The notes under the pieces: model-generated
Seen by the model: only the letters and a program-made list of their open reading frames with translations
Told to the model about the DNA's origin: nothing
The model's database searches: none
Translations under genes and position numbers: made by a program
NCBI GenBank assembly: GCA_030390025.1
Contig: CM059432.1
Location: 84,446,001-84,510,000, forward strand
Direction of reading: 5' to 3'
DNA: 64,000 nt
DNA from: Squalus acanthias
Taxonomy: Eukaryota
Part shown: positions 61,245 through 64,000 of the stretch, piece after piece
Layout of the letters: the number at the start of each line of letters is the position of its first letter
How positions within the stretch are numbered: position 1 is the stretch's first letter

Positions 61245-61830
61245 ATCTACCCTTATACATTTAGATTTTAGCAAAGCTTTTGAACTAGTACCTCAAAAGC
61301 GATTGGTCCATAAGATCAAAAGGCATGGATTGGATGATCAGAAATTGGCTCAATTAGAGGAAGCAAAAGATATTTGTACATGGAATTGCATGAGAGAGGA
61401 AGAAGGTGTTTATTGGGGTGCCTCAGGGATCTATGCTTACAATCTTTATCGTTTACATTGCATATAAATAATTTGGAATTGGAGACAAAAACAAAGCTGT
61501 CTAATTTTGCTAATAATGTAACACCGGAGGCCTGGGAGCTACAACTAAAGAAGGGAAAAACAAAATTTAGATAGAGGACTGAGCTGACAGTTATGGATTA
61601 ATCTGGTAAAATGCAAGGTGATGAGATTAGAGAAGGGAAATAAGGAGTGAGAATATAAAATAAATGTTAGTGAAGTACATCACACATCATAAGAGTGGGA
61701 TATGAAGGTACTGGTAGAACACTCATTGAAACTATTAGTACAGTGTGTGATACCAATTAAAGGAGGAAAACAGAATCTTAGAAGGAATAGCCGGAGGGAT
61801 GGAATGCAAGTCCCAGGGCGTAATATATCA
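61245..61830 (+). mobile_element. Very old CR1 RT fragment
   Basis: IHLDFSKAFELVPQKRLVHKIKRHG, gggtgcctcagggatct, SNFANN. Confidence 0.6.
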
Positions 61831-61959
61831 CATGTGCACCTGATGTGTATGAGACTATGTGATAACTATGACATCATTGTTACATTACTGTAAGAATAGC
61901 CCTCAGCTAAACATCTGAAGCCATTTTCTACAACCCAAGGGTTTATGAACAAAGGTTAT

Positions 61960-62308
61960 CAGGCAGCATCTGCCACATTAGACCCCTTGTGACCCCACCT
62001 CATTGTCTTTGTTGTATTTTGCTATCGTCTTTGATGTAATGTCTTCCTGACTGACCTGGTTGGACACCATCCACACCTTTGATTGCCGTGATTGTCTCTC
62101 TGCCGAGGTGTGATAAAGGGCAGTTAGAAAGATTAACTGTAGTCGTCTGGCATTGTTCTCTGCACAGGCATTGTGCTTTGTCTATATATGCTGTGCCCAT
62201 TTGTATTTCTTCACTTCACCTGACGAAGGAGCAGCGCTCCGAAAGCTTGTGATTTCAAATAAAGCTGTTGGACTATAACCTGGTGTTGTGCGACTTCTCA
62301 CTTTTGTC
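61960..62308 (+). mobile_element. Solo Penelope pLTR related to 3189-3612
   Basis: Shares cctcattgtc...tctatatatgct...gatttcaaataaa.ctgttggactataacctggtgttgtgcgac. Confidence 0.85.
62216..62252 (+). ncRNA. Minimal type-I hammerhead ribozyme
   Basis: TCAC-CTGACGA-A-GGAGC(agc)GCTCC-GAAA-GCTT-GTGA. Confidence 0.82.
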
Positions 62309-62312
62309 AAAA

Positions 62313-62538
62313 GTATGAAGGGGAATTCCCTTCTTTCATTGGCTCGCCTGGCCCACGTGATCCCAGGGACGCTTGCGAACCGCATGCGCCCCTGGGATCC
62401 TGGGCCCTGCGCATTTTGACTGTGGAGAGACCCAGGATCGGAAGTGTCCGGACCTCGGGAGCCCTCAGGTAAGGGCGTAGATTTTTCCCGATAGGAGGCA
62501 TCCGCACGCAGGAAGCCTCCGATCGGAAATTACGGGCC
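62313..62538 (+). mobile_element. Right end of a MITE related to the multi-hairpin family
   Basis: cattggct...cacgtgatcccaggg...ccctgggatc hairpin; aaattacgggcc terminus. Confidence 0.65.
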
Positions 62539-63552
62539 AATATCTTCAGTGCACGGAGAAAGCTGTTCAGTGACATTAGTGTTGCTTAAAATCTCTGTTA
62601 CCAAGGCTCAATTACCAACACAAAGAGCAAAAGAGATTGATGGTATCTATGTCTATTTCCCTTATGAAAAAAGAATTGTTGCAGATTGCTCATGTGTTGG
62701 GTATAATATGTGCATTCATCTGCAATATAACATCCCAATACCAAACTCTTAAGTGGTCCAATCATGAATTGCCAAATAATGTGGCTGAAGCCCTTCTCAG
62801 TATCATTGGGAAGGAAATGTTTTTCATGTCAGCAATGGGTGGCACGATGCATGTTAGTTAAATACTTCCTCACATTGTTTTGCAGATCAAGTCTTCAACC
62901 ATGTTGTATTGTCTTCCCTTAATAAACTATGCTTAATCTAAGTGTATACATTTCATAATATAGCCTTAAGTCTTATGACTAATACTTTGCCCAGAATTTT
63001 GAGATAAACTTGACTGGTTTGATAGGTTTAGGATATAGATGGCTCAGTTCAGATTTCCAGAAAAACAAACGGTTTCTGTTTGTCACAAAATGCAAAGTAG
63101 CACCTGCTGAATAATTTGGCATTGACTGCGCTATGTGTTAATGTGTAGTCTCTAGCTTCTCAGATTGGGTTGTTTGGATTTGGATTAGAGTTCAATAGCC
63201 TAGGATCAATTAATTGACCTGAAAATCCAAATCATGACCAGTTTGTTCACTACAAGCTCTGTTTAAGAATTAAAGGATCCTCAAATGTGAAAAAAATAAA
63301 ACTAATAATGGTGTATTTTCCTCTTTAGGTACCTGCTGGATGCCCACCAGATACAGTGTATTGGAGGTACGCTGCATCTGTAGAAGGAGTGGTTTGTGCA
63401 ATTTTCCTGTTCTGGGACATATGCATGGCCCAGGCACATTAACAGCACAGGTCCGTTTCTTGGCAAGGTTAGGGATCCGGGGTAGCAACAAGACTTTAGG
63501 AGGATTGAATATATAAATTGAAAATGGGGACTGAATTACATCTGAATGTCTT

Positions 63553-64000
63553 GGGTCAGTGGTAGCACTCTTGCCTCTGAGTCAGAAAGTCATGGGTTCA
63601 ATTTCCATTCTAGGATTTAAGTACATTATGCTTTTGGTCATCTGCCCTAATTTCTCCTTATGTGGCTCGGTGTCAGATTTTTTGTCTTATAACACTCCTG
63701 TGAGGCGCTTTGGGACGTTTTACTATGTTAATGGTGCTATATAAATACAAGTTGTTGTTGTACATAACCTCAGCTGACACTCCATTGCAGTACTGAGGGA
63801 GTGCTGCACTGTCGGAGGTGCCATCTTTTAGATGAGATATTAAACCGACGCCCCATCTGCTCTCTCAGGTGGATATAAAAGATCCCATGGCACTATTCGA
63901 AGAAGAGCAGGGGAGTTCTCCTGGTGTCTTGTCCATCATTTATCCCTCAACCAACACCACTAAAACAGTTTAATTGGTTATTTATCTCACTGTTGCTTGT
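63553..64000 (+). mobile_element. DeuSINE (SacSINE1-like) with an L2 tail inserted at ~63627-63760
   Basis: tRNA-like head tcagtggtagcactcttgcctctgagtcagaa; Deu-like core gtggatataaaagatcccatggcactattcgaagaagagcagggg; insert flanked by gtacat repeats. Confidence 0.8.

Overview
Repeat-saturated vertebrate genomic DNA, most likely from a cartilaginous fish (shark), inferred from HE1/V-SINE-like and SacSINE1/DeuSINE-like repeats. I recognised no host gene. The window is a nested stack of transposable elements: (i) Penelope-like retroelements (Neptune-type RT + GIY-YIG), one with an open 750-codon frame forming a perfect head-to-head palindrome, with minimal hammerhead ribozymes in their pLTRs; (ii) an apparently intact two-gene PIF/Harbinger transposon (7308-11459: transposase plus a 3-exon Myb/SANT gene), three ~0.9-kb MITE relatives of it and many other Harbinger-type MITEs with 3-bp TSDs; (iii) a Tigger/pogo element whose transposase is broken only by two adjacent stop codons; (iv) many CR1 and L2 LINE fragments and SINEs. 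Most notable: Harbinger MITEs inserted at the same nucleotide of two CR1 copies and at the hammerhead motif of Penelope pLTRs, and a MITE family built from covarying hairpins plus a conserved cluster of consensus 5' splice donors. Family names come from motif recognition, not database searches, and boundaries of degenerate elements are approximate.
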